This document shows, one piece after another, positions 8,703 through 17,322 of a stretch of 64,000 nt of DNA (positions within the stretch are counted from its first letter, which is position 1; each line of letters starts with the position of its first letter). This DNA is from Parcubacteria group bacterium (GTDB lineage: Bacteria; Patescibacteriota; Minisyncoccia; Moranbacterales; UBA2206), in contig JBAZUU010000001.1 in NCBI GenBank assembly GCA_041661275.1, positions 165,057-229,056 of the forward strand. The letters run 5' to 3'. The translations under genes were made by a program, and so were the position numbers. The notes beneath the pieces were generated by a model, which had not been told where the DNA came from, ran no database searches, and was given only the letters and a program-made list of their open reading frames with translations.

Positions 8703-9533
8703 AATGCCATTTTTATGACCTTATTCCACGCCATCATCCTCGGCCTTATCCAGGGTTTCGGAGAATTTCTCCCCATCTCTTCTTCCGGGCATCTCATTCT
8801 TGCGCCCTGGCTTTTGAATTTCCCCGATCCAGGGCTGTCCTTTGATGTGGCGTTGCATTTCGGAACATTGATTGCTGTCGTTTTATATTTTTGGAAAGAC
8901 TTTCTGGAAATAATATGCATAGCGTTTTCCTCCTCTCCCTTTGGGAGAGGATGTCGCGTCTTCGCGACAGGAGAGGGTTCAAAATATAACAAAAATATTT
9001 TCTGGCTCCTCGTCATCGCCACCATCCCCGGCGCTCTGTTCGGATTTCTTCTCGAAAGCAAAGCGGAAACAATTTTCCGAAACCCTTTGTTAATAGCAGG
9101 CACATTATCTATTGTGGGGCTAATATTATATCTAGCCGACAAATATGCTTCACATAAAAGAAATATTAACGAGCTAACAAAAAAAGATGCCACGCTTATC
9201 GGCCTCTCCCAAGCTTTCGCCATTATTCCTGGCGTTTCTCGCGCCGGCGCAACTATTACGACTGGATTATTTTTAGGCCTTGATCGCGTGTCCGCCGCCC
9301 GATTTTCATTTCTCCTTTCCGCCCCAATCATTCTTGGCGCAACCCTTGTTAAGATAAAATATATCGCTGCCGCTGGCACACTGGAAATTGTCGCCATCCT
9401 CACCGCCGCCCTCTCCGGCTACTTCGCCATCAGTTGGATGCTAAAATTCATCGAGCGTGTCAGTTACAAAGTTTTCTTTTGGTATAGATTGGCATTGGCA
9501 GTCATCATTGTCCTGGTCTGGTTTTTAAAATAA
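8697..9533 (+). CDS. uppP: undecaprenyl-diphosphate phosphatase UppP/BacA
   Basis: GFGEFLPISSSGH and PGVSRAGATITTGL are BacA signatures. An alternative start is at 8715. Contains an in-frame 51-bp repeat insert (see 8929-8979). Confidence 0.85.
   Translation: MTNAIFMTLFHAIILGLIQGFGEFLPISSSGHLILAPWLLNFPDPGLSFDVALHFGTLIAVVLYFWKDFLEIICIAFSSSPFGRGCRVFATGEGSKYNKNIFWLLVIATIPGALFGFLLESKAETIFRNPLLIAGTLSIVGLILYLADKYASHKRNINELTKKDATLIGLSQAFAIIPGVSRAGATITTGLFLGLDRVSAARFSFLLSAPIILGATLVKIKYIAAAGTLEIVAILTAALSGYFAISWMLKFIERVSYKVFFWYRLALAVIIVLVWFLK
8929..8979. repeat. family 2 multi-hairpin element inserted in-frame within uppP
   Basis: cctcctctccc-tttg-ggagagg / gtcgcg-tctt-cgcgac / aggagaggg. It is the reverse complement of 1459-1512 except for a compensatory change in the middle hairpin. 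Length 51 bp (17 codons), encoding about SSSPFGRGCRVFATGEGS in a loop where E. coli BacA is about 12 aa shorter. Confidence 0.65.
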
Positions 9534-9575
9534 AGACTGATTGAAATAAGTAGTAGTTTATGCTAGGATAATTTC

Positions 9576-9881
9576 ATGAGCAAAGAGGAAATAAAAAAAG
9601 CCCTTAAGGAAGCCATTGAAGTCGATCCGAATAGAGAGGCTATTTTAAAAGTGGCCTTATTTGGTTCTCACGTTTACGGCTCGCCGCGACCCGATTCTGA
9701 TGTGGATATTTTAATTGAATTCTCTCCTGAATATTCTATCGGCTTTTTCAAATTTTTTGACACGCAATATAATTTTGAAAAATTCATAGGCAAAAAGGTT
9801 GATTTGCTTACTCCGGAAGACATAAGTCATTTCTTCAGAAATGAAGTTTTGGCTCGTGCGGAAACAATTTATGAAAGATAA
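9576..9881 (+). CDS. MntA-type nucleotidyltransferase antitoxin
   Basis: The LFGSHVYGSPRPDSDVDILIEF motif is the polymerase-beta-like NTase signature. Confidence 0.8.
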   Translation: MSKEEIKKALKEAIEVDPNREAILKVALFGSHVYGSPRPDSDVDILIEFSPEYSIGFFKFFDTQYNFEKFIGKKVDLLTPEDISHFFRNEVLARAETIYER

Positions 9882-10203
9882 TAAATTTTACATTGGGCAC
9901 ATTGCCGAAGCTATTTCCTCTATAGAAGAATACCTTAATAATGTTGATTTTCTGTCATTTTCCCAAAATAAAATGCTCTTTGATGCGGTAGTAAGAGAAT
10001 TGGAAATAATAGGCGAGGCATCAAACAACATAGGAGATTCATTTCAGAATGAATACCCCGACATTCCATGGAGAAAAGTCATTGGAATGAGAAATAAAAT
10101 TACTCACGAATACTTCGCCGTAAATAAAAAAGTCGTCTGGGACACATGCAAGGACGACCTGCCTGAACTAAAAACTATAATTAGCTCCATCTTGGCTCAA
10201 TAA
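9871..10203 (+). CDS. HepT-type (DUF86) toxin
   Basis: RELEIIGEASNNI ... IPWRKVIGMRNKITHEY is the HepT RX4HXY-type motif. Overlaps mntA by 11 bp. Confidence 0.8.
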   Translation: MKDNKFYIGHIAEAISSIEEYLNNVDFLSFSQNKMLFDAVVRELEIIGEASNNIGDSFQNEYPDIPWRKVIGMRNKITHEYFAVNKKVVWDTCKDDLPELKTIISSILAQ

Positions 10204-10225
10204 AAGTAGGAACACCAGACAAGCA

Positions 10226-10248
10226 AAGGCCGCAAAAGCCTTTTTTTA
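10226..10248 (+). terminator. rho-independent terminator after hepT
   Basis: ggc-cgcaaaa-gcc hairpin followed by T7. Confidence 0.5.
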
Positions 10249-10270
10249 TTTTCGTAAATTCGTAGACAAT

Positions 10271-10301
10271 AAAAAACCTGCCCGAATGATTTCGAGCAGG
10301 T
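10271..10301 (-). terminator. rho-independent terminator after the 10310..10567 gene
   Basis: Minus-strand RNA ccugcucgaa-auca-uucgggcagg forms a 10-bp stem followed by U6. Confidence 0.6.
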
Positions 10302-10309
10302 GCAAGTGG

Positions 10310-10567
10310 TTAAAGAACCGAGATTAGAATGGCCCATTTATGCCATTCTTCTTTTATTATGTAGGGGGTTAACTCTACCCAATTCCCTCCCCACTGACCA
10401 AACGCTCTTGCTATTGTCATTTCTTCGCCAGGGTATCGCTTCAGAAAATCCACTACCGAAACCCAGGTGGACTCTCCTGGCCTAAGCTCCGACGCAGGTT
10501 TCACGTCGGTATTCTCTATTTCATTCCAATAGCGTTCGGTCTTTCCGTCACCAACTTTAAATCTCAT
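10310..10567 (-). CDS. hypothetical small protein (85 aa)
   Basis: ORF with its own terminator. No recognizable motif. Confidence 0.4.
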   Translation of the reverse strand: MRFKVGDGKTERYWNEIENTDVKPASELRPGESTWVSVVDFLKRYPGEEMTIARAFGQWGGNWVELTPYIIKEEWHKWAILISVL

Positions 10568-10756
10568 TGTAATCTCCTTATTCAGGTTAGAATTAACTCA
10601 GATCATTCACTTTTCAAACAACTCTCCAATTCCATCATAACTACCCATTATACCTCAAAATCACCAACTTATCAATAGTTGTTGTAATTTATAACTATAA
10701 TCATTCTTGATTTCCGCCTGGTATTCTGCTATTTTATGGCTTTATTATGCTGTATA

Positions 10757-10815
10757 TTGACATAATTACAAAGGCTTGCTATAATAGCATTATCTGTTGT
10801 CATAAATATCGACAA
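10757..10815 (+). promoter_or_regulatory. sigma70-type promoter (TTGACA-17-TATAAT) plus operator candidate upstream of the second trmB-like gene
   Basis: TTGACA at 10757-10762 and TATAAT at 10780-10785 with a 17-nt spacer. TGTCATAAATATCGACA (10799-10815) shares AAATATCGACA with the 620-634 site. ATG at 10818. Confidence 0.5.
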
Positions 10816-10817
10816 TT

Positions 10818-11558
10818 ATGGAAATTCAGAACACCCTCAAAAAACTAGGTCTCGACGATGACGAAATAGCTGTCTATACGGCCACCTTGTCATTGGGACC
10901 GAGCCTAGTCACAAGAATTGCTAAGGAATCAGGCGTTAAACGCACTACGGTATATTTAGTGGCGAAATCTTTAATGGAGAAAGGGTTGCTGGGAGAATAT
11001 AAAACTCGCCACGGAATGCATTTGTCCGCTCAATCCCCTGATTATCTTTTGACCAAGATTGAGGAACAAAAAAAAGAAGTGGAGGAAATTATTCCCCAAC
11101 TCAAAGCGCTGACCAAAAAAGAAGCGCATCGCCCGCAAGTGAAATATTTTGAAGGGAAAGAAGGATATTTTACGGTGGCCGAAGATACACTGGAAAAACA
11201 TGCTACAGAAATTTTGTGGTTGGGAAATCCAAAAGAATTATATAGCATCATCGGGAAGAAGTGGGATGATGAATATTATGTGCCCAAAAGAATGGAGCGG
11301 AAAATAAAAATGAAGGCCTTGCTTTTTGAAGATGATTGGTCAAGAGATATAAAAAAGACTGATGAAAATTTTTTGAGGCAAACTAAATTTCTGCCAAAAG
11401 ATTTTCCCTTCCATTCAACGCAACTAATTTACCAAAACAAGGTGGCCTATTTCAGCTCGCAAAAAGAACTGATCTGTGTCCTCATTGAAAGCGCTGATCT
11501 GGCCGCCATGGAACGGGCCAAATTTGAAATGTTGTGGAAAAATGCTATTATAAACTAA
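10818..11558 (+). CDS. TrmB-family HTH transcriptional regulator (paralog)
   Basis: LGLDDDEIAVYTATLSLGPSLVTRIAKESGVKRTTVYLVAKSLMEKGLL. Same architecture as 647..1372. Confidence 0.7.
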   Translation: MEIQNTLKKLGLDDDEIAVYTATLSLGPSLVTRIAKESGVKRTTVYLVAKSLMEKGLLGEYKTRHGMHLSAQSPDYLLTKIEEQKKEVEEIIPQLKALTKKEAHRPQVKYFEGKEGYFTVAEDTLEKHATEILWLGNPKELYSIIGKKWDDEYYVPKRMERKIKMKALLFEDDWSRDIKKTDENFLRQTKFLPKDFPFHSTQLIYQNKVAYFSSQKELICVLIESADLAAMERAKFEMLWKNAIIN

Positions 11559-11562
11559 ACAT

Positions 11563-11970
11563 ATGGAAACATTTCACGAAAATATAGCAACTCCGGAAAG
11601 ACAACACTCGGGCGTGGAATTAACAGCCAAACAAAAAGAGGAGGGCTTGATATTTGGCCTGACAAAATTGGACAACATTAAAGACTCTCTCCAAAAATAC
11701 CCATCAGCACTTTTGGAAGAATACGGCCTGGATTATATCCAGGAAAAATGCCAGGATTTGATCGCTCTAATCAAAAAAGACCCTGCCTTATTTAAAAACA
11801 TTGATCTTCAACATCAAATTGGAAACTTTGAACCGTGCGTTGCAATGCTGGATCATGTTATGAAACATCCATATAAGGAAAATATGAGAGAGAGCCTGAA
11901 AAAGGAAGTGTTTAATCTAAGCTTACAATTAGATGAATTGCTTTCCCTGGAAAAAGAAACTATCCATTAG
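11563..11970 (+). CDS. hypothetical protein (135 aa), likely co-transcribed with trmB-like gene
   Basis: Starts 5 bp after the trmB paralog stop. Predicted helical and acidic. Confidence 0.4.
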   Translation: METFHENIATPERQHSGVELTAKQKEEGLIFGLTKLDNIKDSLQKYPSALLEEYGLDYIQEKCQDLIALIKKDPALFKNIDLQHQIGNFEPCVAMLDHVMKHPYKENMRESLKKEVFNLSLQLDELLSLEKETIH

Positions 11971-12017
11971 ATAACAAAAGGAACCCCTCTGGTTCTTTTT
12001 TGATTGATAAACATTTT

Positions 12018-12356
12018 CTATTTTTCCTGTGAAATAATTTTTGAAACATTCTCGGCAAGTTCGGGAATGTTTTTTCGACAAGTTTCCCAAACCGTTTCCA
12101 CAATAACTCCGAAGTATTCATGTATTAGAACGTTTCTCATATCAATCATATCCCGCCATGGTATCTCCGGATGCGCTTCGCGGAATTCGGAGCTGACATT
12201 ATTAGCCGCTTCGCCAATTATTTCCAATTCCCGGATAATCGCGCTTACCATCATTCTATTTTTATCAAACTCGGCACGATCAGCGCCACTGCTAAAATTA
12301 ATGATATTATTAACAGAATCATTAATATGCTTCAGATAAGTTAGATCATTTCTCAT
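12018..12356 (-). CDS. HepT-type (DUF86) toxin, second copy
   Basis: RELEIIGEAANNV ... IPWRDMIDMRNVLIHEY. Confidence 0.8.
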   Translation of the reverse strand: MRNDLTYLKHINDSVNNIINFSSGADRAEFDKNRMMVSAIIRELEIIGEAANNVSSEFREAHPEIPWRDMIDMRNVLIHEYFGVIVETVWETCRKNIPELAENVSKIISQEK

Positions 12357-12651
12357 AAAAAGTTTCGGCTTTAGCTAAAACCTCGTCTCGAAAATATTTA
12401 CTCAAACCTTCGGGAGTCAGAAGATCAATTTTTTTGCCACAATAATCTGAAAAATTCCGTTGAATCTGGACATATTCAAACAACCCTATCCTGGCATTAG
12501 GCCTAAATTCTACAAGCACATCAATATCGCTATCCGGATGCGGTTCCCCATAGGCATAAGAGCCAAAAATTGACGCCTTAATAATATCCTCTTTATGAGG
12601 ATCTTTTTCTATAGCCTCCACTAATTTTTTCTTTATTTCTTCTTTACTCAT
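12346..12651 (-). CDS. MntA-type nucleotidyltransferase antitoxin, second copy
   Basis: IFGSYAYGEPHPDSDIDVLVEF. About 60% identical to the 9576 copy. Confidence 0.8.
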   Translation of the reverse strand: MSKEEIKKKLVEAIEKDPHKEDIIKASIFGSYAYGEPHPDSDIDVLVEFRPNARIGLFEYVQIQRNFSDYCGKKIDLLTPEGLSKYFRDEVLAKAETFYEK

Positions 12652-12697
12652 AACCCTAATCTAACATAAAGTAATACAATTTTCAACTTAAAACTTT

Positions 12698-12979
12698 TTA
12701 TTTCGTCCTAATTTTCAAAACCGCGCCTTCACCCAATTCTTCATTCATCTTGCGCATTATTTTTTCCTTATTAAGCCAAAGCTCGCTGGCCCAAGCAGGC
12801 GATTCGCAGCGAACTACCAAAACTTTTTTTCCAAAATAGTCCACTTGGAATTTTGACGCGCCGATCAGGCCAAATTCTTTTTTGATTATTTTGTTAAAAA
12901 TATAAAAGACGTCCTTATTGTCAAAAGAAAACTTCCTTAATTCTTTTCGCTTATCAAAAAGATTTTTGAGAGATCTCAT
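12698..12979 (-). CDS. DUF721/DciA-like protein
   Basis: About 93 aa with a C-terminal SPAWASELWLNKEKIMRKMNEELG motif typical of DUF721. Lies close to dnaN/dnaA. Confidence 0.5.
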   Translation of the reverse strand: MRSLKNLFDKRKELRKFSFDNKDVFYIFNKIIKKEFGLIGASKFQVDYFGKKVLVVRCESPAWASELWLNKEKIMRKMNEELGEGAVLKIRTK

Positions 12980-13776
12980 TGTTTTGCAAACCCGTCTAAA
13001 TATTTAGGCAATTCTAAAATCCATTTGGCTTGCTCCGGATAGAATAGGAATCTTTCCACGTCTTTAGCCGCTTGTTTTAAATCCAACCCGGAAATAATAG
13101 TTATTAATTCTGCTACCAATTCTTGGCGATTATTAATATTAATATTTTTTTCTTGCAAAATCTCATAATTCGGTTCGATGTCTTTTTGCGCCAAAAACCA
13201 AACGATATCATAGAAATCTCGCCCCTTTTGATATGGCCGCAGTTTCAAAGCGATAATTTTTTGGGCGAAGAGAGTTGGCAGCGTGTTAATTAACACGGGA
13301 AAACGCTCATTAAAACTATCAATAAATTTTGTTTCAGTAGTAGTAGCTTTATAAGGAGTATGGTCAATTTCAAACTTAATTAAAAATTTTTCGTCTTTCA
13401 TAGAACTCAGCTCGAATTCCCTCAGCACATCTTTAAATTTAATAAAAAGAATGTAGATATTTTCCGTGGTCTTGGTCCTTGCATCAATGGCAAAACCGAG
13501 AAGACTCAGGCTCTTGGTCAAATCTTTTTCCAGGGCATCGATGTTGAAGCCGTCTTTTTTAACCAAGTCGAAATCAAGATCCTCTGAAAATCGTGGAATT
13601 TCATGGATAAATCGAAGGCTCGTGCCACCCAAAAAAGAGACTGCGTCATTATAATCGCTTGATGACAGCGCTTTTAGGATTTGGGTTTGCAAATATTCTC
13701 GAAGAACGTCTTTTTCCCGCCAGGGAATATTCTTGCTCTCACAATAGTTTTTAAAATATTTTTTATCCGGCAACAT
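12976..13776 (-). CDS. AbiEii/AbiGii-family nucleotidyltransferase toxin (DUF1814)
   Basis: The LGGTSLRFIHEIPRFSEDLDFDL motif is the AbiEii NTase signature. Confidence 0.7.
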   Translation of the reverse strand: MLPDKKYFKNYCESKNIPWREKDVLREYLQTQILKALSSSDYNDAVSFLGGTSLRFIHEIPRFSEDLDFDLVKKDGFNIDALEKDLTKSLSLLGFAIDARTKTTENIYILFIKFKDVLREFELSSMKDEKFLIKFEIDHTPYKATTTETKFIDSFNERFPVLINTLPTLFAQKIIALKLRPYQKGRDFYDIVWFLAQKDIEPNYEILQEKNININNRQELVAELITIISGLDLKQAAKDVERFLFYPEQAKWILELPKYLDGFAKQ

Positions 13777-14392
13777 AAAATTTTATAAAATTATTAGTTA
13801 ATAACGAAACTTTCTTATTTTTAAACACGCGAGAAAACTTAATTAATCTATTTTTATTATACTTAAATTCGTCATTAAATCTATAGCCTTCGAATTGAAG
13901 TCGACTGCCGTCTAAAATATTTCGATTGAGATAAAAAAAATCAACCAATGCCTTTTCCGGCAAGGCCAAATTAAAAGAAATGTTAAATTCTTTCTTTTTT
14001 ATAGTTTCATACCCGCCAAAGGCTTCTTTTTTAATTTTTTGATATGAAAATTTTCCAAAATCATTTTTAACAGTCTTTGTCTCTCGGCTGGTTACAGAAG
14101 TGGTGGTAAAAACGGCTTCCGGAATAATGCCATAATAGCCTAGAGCTGATTCCAGGCTAACATACGAAGGCTCATAAATTTTCGAAGCTAGAGTGATAGG
14201 ATCTACGGCATATCTAAGATAGCCTAGAATATATAAGCCTTTTCCAAGTTGAAGAATATAACCTTTTTTCCGCCAATTTTCCAGATTATTGAGAAACGAC
14301 CGGCTAAACCCTGCTCCTAAAAGTAATTTTAGGTCTCTGGTGCTAAAAAGCGGGAATTCCTCCATTTTTTGCCTGAATTCGATATAATTCAT
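13763..14392 (-). CDS. AbiEi-family antitoxin/transcriptional regulator
   Basis: Lies upstream of and overlaps AbiEii. The N-terminal region fits an AbiEi-like wHTH. Confidence 0.55.
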   Translation of the reverse strand: MNYIEFRQKMEEFPLFSTRDLKLLLGAGFSRSFLNNLENWRKKGYILQLGKGLYILGYLRYAVDPITLASKIYEPSYVSLESALGYYGIIPEAVFTTTSVTSRETKTVKNDFGKFSYQKIKKEAFGGYETIKKKEFNISFNLALPEKALVDFFYLNRNILDGSRLQFEGYRFNDEFKYNKNRLIKFSRVFKNKKVSLLTNNFIKFYVAG

Positions 14393-14505
14393 TGTCTTAA
14401 TTCATCATTTTTAGTGAATTATGACATTATTATATCATGACGATACGATTTTTGTCAAGTAAAAATCTCGCCTAGGCGAGATTTTTACTTTCATTTAATC
14501 ATGTT

Positions 14506-15663
14506 TTAATTCTTTATCGGCATAACGATATAGGTATAATCGCCCAAAACCTCGCCACTTTTTTCATCAATCTCTTTTATCCCCACAGGTGTCGCTGCGG
14601 AATTAAGAAGAATAGCTACTTGTTGAGTGGAGACAGTATTAATTCCGTCTAAAAGATATCTAGAGTTAAAAATTACCTCTTGAGATGGTCCTGTAATGTC
14701 AAATTTAAGTTCAGTGGAGTTTTCTCCCGCTTCCACTGACTTAGCGCCCACTATTATTTTCTTGGCGCCAGCGTCAATTTTGAGCGAAATTTCACTAGTC
14801 TTTCCGGAAGAAAAAATACTAGCCATCTTCACTGCGTTCTGGATTGAGTTTTTATCCCCAACTACTCGAGTCTTAAATTCTTTAGGCATAATATGTTTAT
14901 ATTCCGGATATTTTCCATTAATAAGGCGAGAAACCAGCCGCGCCGAATCCACTTCAAAAAATATTTGCCCCTCTTCAATGGCGATCTTTACCTCCTTGTC
15001 GTCATCAGCCGGAATAATCCGTACCAATTCCTGAAAAGTAGCAGCTGGAACAATAATATTCCCTCTTTTTTCAGAGAATGCTTTGTAATTTTCCATATTA
15101 CAGTTTTTTTCGTCAATTTTTAGTCTATATTCTGAAAGACGAAAACTATCAGTGGAGGCAAAAAATAATTCCCTGGCGCCAAAAATTATATTAATTCCAG
15201 TCAGTTCTGGCCGGGCTTCATTAAAAGCCACTGAAATCATTATTTTAGAAAGAATGTTTTTCAGCTCTATCCCTGGAATTTTCAGTAAAAATTCTGTGCT
15301 TTTTCTAGGGATAAGTGGAAAATCAGCTGCTGATATTCCCTTAATAGCCGCCTTTACTGAGCCACTTTTAATTTTAAGGCTCTGATCGGCCATTTCAATA
15401 GAAACATTTTCTCCTTGAGGTAAATTAGCAGAAAAATTACTAATTAGTCGCGCAGGAATTGTTATTTTTCCCTCTTTTTCTACCTTTGCCCCAACCTTTG
15501 CCACTATTCCTATTTCTAAATTAGTAGCAGAAAGCCTTAACCTACTTTTATCTGTTTCAAAAAGGATATTATTTAATATAGGGAGGGTATTTTGTTTAGA
15601 AACTACTCTTTCGCAAAAGTATATAGCCTTTTTAAAATTCTCTTGAGTACAAATTAATTTCAT
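14506..15663 (-). CDS. dnaN: DNA polymerase III beta sliding clamp
   Basis: 385 aa with the three-domain clamp pattern. Immediately downstream of dnaA. Confidence 0.9.
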   Translation of the reverse strand: MKLICTQENFKKAIYFCERVVSKQNTLPILNNILFETDKSRLRLSATNLEIGIVAKVGAKVEKEGKITIPARLISNFSANLPQGENVSIEMADQSLKIKSGSVKAAIKGISAADFPLIPRKSTEFLLKIPGIELKNILSKIMISVAFNEARPELTGINIIFGARELFFASTDSFRLSEYRLKIDEKNCNMENYKAFSEKRGNIIVPAATFQELVRIIPADDDKEVKIAIEEGQIFFEVDSARLVSRLINGKYPEYKHIMPKEFKTRVVGDKNSIQNAVKMASIFSSGKTSEISLKIDAGAKKIIVGAKSVEAGENSTELKFDITGPSQEVIFNSRYLLDGINTVSTQQVAILLNSAATPVGIKEIDEKSGEVLGDYTYIVMPIKN

Positions 15664-15954
15664 ATAATTATATTTAGTATCTTATTAATTTATATAAATT
15701 ACTATTAATATTAGTAAAAGGAAAATGGGGGGATAAGTGTATGTTGGGGCTTATATAAAGGATATTTTCTGTGTATAAGTATGGGATAACCTCGTAATTA
15801 GTAGATAGGGAGAGGGTGAGGGGAAAAATGATTTATTGTATTTTAATAACCCTATCCCAGTTTAGTATTAGTCTTAGTGGGGGAATATTATTAGGTAATA
15901 AACAAGTTAATATACAACCTACACACAGCTTATCCCCCTTATATTAAAATAACC
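15664..15954. promoter_or_regulatory. dnaA-dnaN intergenic region with TTATCC-core DnaA-box-like motifs and an AT-rich tract (possible second oriC part/DUE)
   Basis: tgtgtataa (one mismatch), gggataagtg, gggataacc and cttatcccc motifs. A 55-bp AT-rich tract lies at 15664-15720. Confidence 0.35.
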
Positions 15955-17322
15955 CTAAACGGCATATAGGTGTTCTTTAAGAAGGGTGAGTTCTTCTGAT
16001 AACTTTTCATCTGTTTTAAGGGCTTTAGATATCTTTTCATAAGCGTGGATAGCGGTAGTATGATCACGACCGCCTAGTTTTTCTCCTATTCCCGGGTAGG
16101 AATATTGAAGTTCACTTCTCATGAGATACATAGCAATTTGTCTGGGCTTTACCACTTCCTGCTTTCGGTTTTTAGCGATTAAATCATTAGGACTTATGTC
16201 ATAAAAGTCAGAAATCACCTTGATTATGTGTTTGTGAGATATTCCCTTTTTTTTGCCACTGGAGATAAGTTCCGACAACACACCGGCCACGTAATCAAGG
16301 GTAATCGCGGTTTTTGTTAGCTGCGCCGAAACAGAAACCCTGTTTAGCGCTCCTTCCAGCTCACGAATATTATTCTTAACGTTTTGAGCAATAAATTCCA
16401 GAGCGGAATCATCCACATCTATCCCGTCATCTGTAGCTTTTTTGCGCAAAATCGCTACTCTGGTCTCAAAATCAGGGCGCGACACATCAGCGATCATTCC
16501 TCCTTCAAAGCGGGAGCGTAGTCTTTCCTCGAGAATTTGAATAGCCTTAGGCGCCCGGTCAGAAGAAAGCACAATTTGCTTATTTAGCTGGTAAAGATGG
16601 TTAAAAATATGGAAAAACTCTTCCTGGGTCTTTTCTTTTCCGGAGATGAATTGGATATCATCAATGATCAGAAGGTCTATTTTTTGATAATATTCCTTAA
16701 ATTGGGTAATTTTCTGGTTTTTTATAGAATCAATCAGCTCGCTGGTAAACCGTTCAGAGGTTATGTATTTAACCCGTGTATCACCACCGTTTTTCAAAAT
16801 TTCATTGCCAATAGACTGAATGAGATGAGTTTTTCCCAGACCCACTCCGCCATAAATGAAAAGCGGGTTGTAGACGTGACCTAAGCCTTGAGAAACAGCA
16901 AAACAAGCGGCTTTCGCCAGCTCATTACTCGACCCTACTACGAAATTATCAAAGATATACTTGGGGTTAAGGTTGCTTTCCTGATGAATAGGGCTTTTTT
17001 TAGCGGAAAAAACCATATTTTTAGGAGCGATAATAGCGTCAACACGAGGTTGTTCCTGGATAGTTTCTGATTCACTAGTGGCGGAAATGAGACAAGAAAC
17101 GGACTTTATACTTTCTTCCATGTTTCGCAGAGCCCGCAAAATATGCAGATTATATTTATTTTCCAGCCATTCCTTGGCAAAACCATTAGGAACACTGATC
17201 ACCGCATGACCGTCAGCAATAGAAAGAATAGAGGTATTTTTAAACCAGGTGATAAAGTTAGCCTTGGAAATAGAAAGTTCTATCTCTCCCAGGGCTGATT
17301 GCCACAGTTCCTCATTGGTCAT
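15955..17322 (-). CDS. dnaA: chromosomal replication initiator DnaA
   Basis: The AAA+ Walker A motif GGVGLGKTHL and a C-terminal DNA-binding domain ending ...TAIHAYEKI. Confidence 0.95.
   Translation of the reverse strand: MTNEELWQSALGEIELSISKANFITWFKNTSILSIADGHAVISVPNGFAKEWLENKYNLHILRALRNMEESIKSVSCLISATSESETIQEQPRVDAIIAPKNMVFSAKKSPIHQESNLNPKYIFDNFVVGSSNELAKAACFAVSQGLGHVYNPLFIYGGVGLGKTHLIQSIGNEILKNGGDTRVKYITSERFTSELIDSIKNQKITQFKEYYQKIDLLIIDDIQFISGKEKTQEEFFHIFNHLYQLNKQIVLSSDRAPKAIQILEERLRSRFEGGMIADVSRPDFETRVAILRKKATDDGIDVDDSALEFIAQNVKNNIRELEGALNRVSVSAQLTKTAITLDYVAGVLSELISSGKKKGISHKHIIKVISDFYDISPNDLIAKNRKQEVVKPRQIAMYLMRSELQYSYPGIGEKLGGRDHTTAIHAYEKISKALKTDEKLSEELTLLKEHLYAV

Noticed and set aside
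8672-9403. 243-aa minus-strand ORF antisense to uppP, and other long antisense ORFs (e.g. 20003..20623, 44382..45110, 59590..60081).
   Set aside because: They are shadow ORFs opposite well-supported genes, with low-complexity composition and no motifs.
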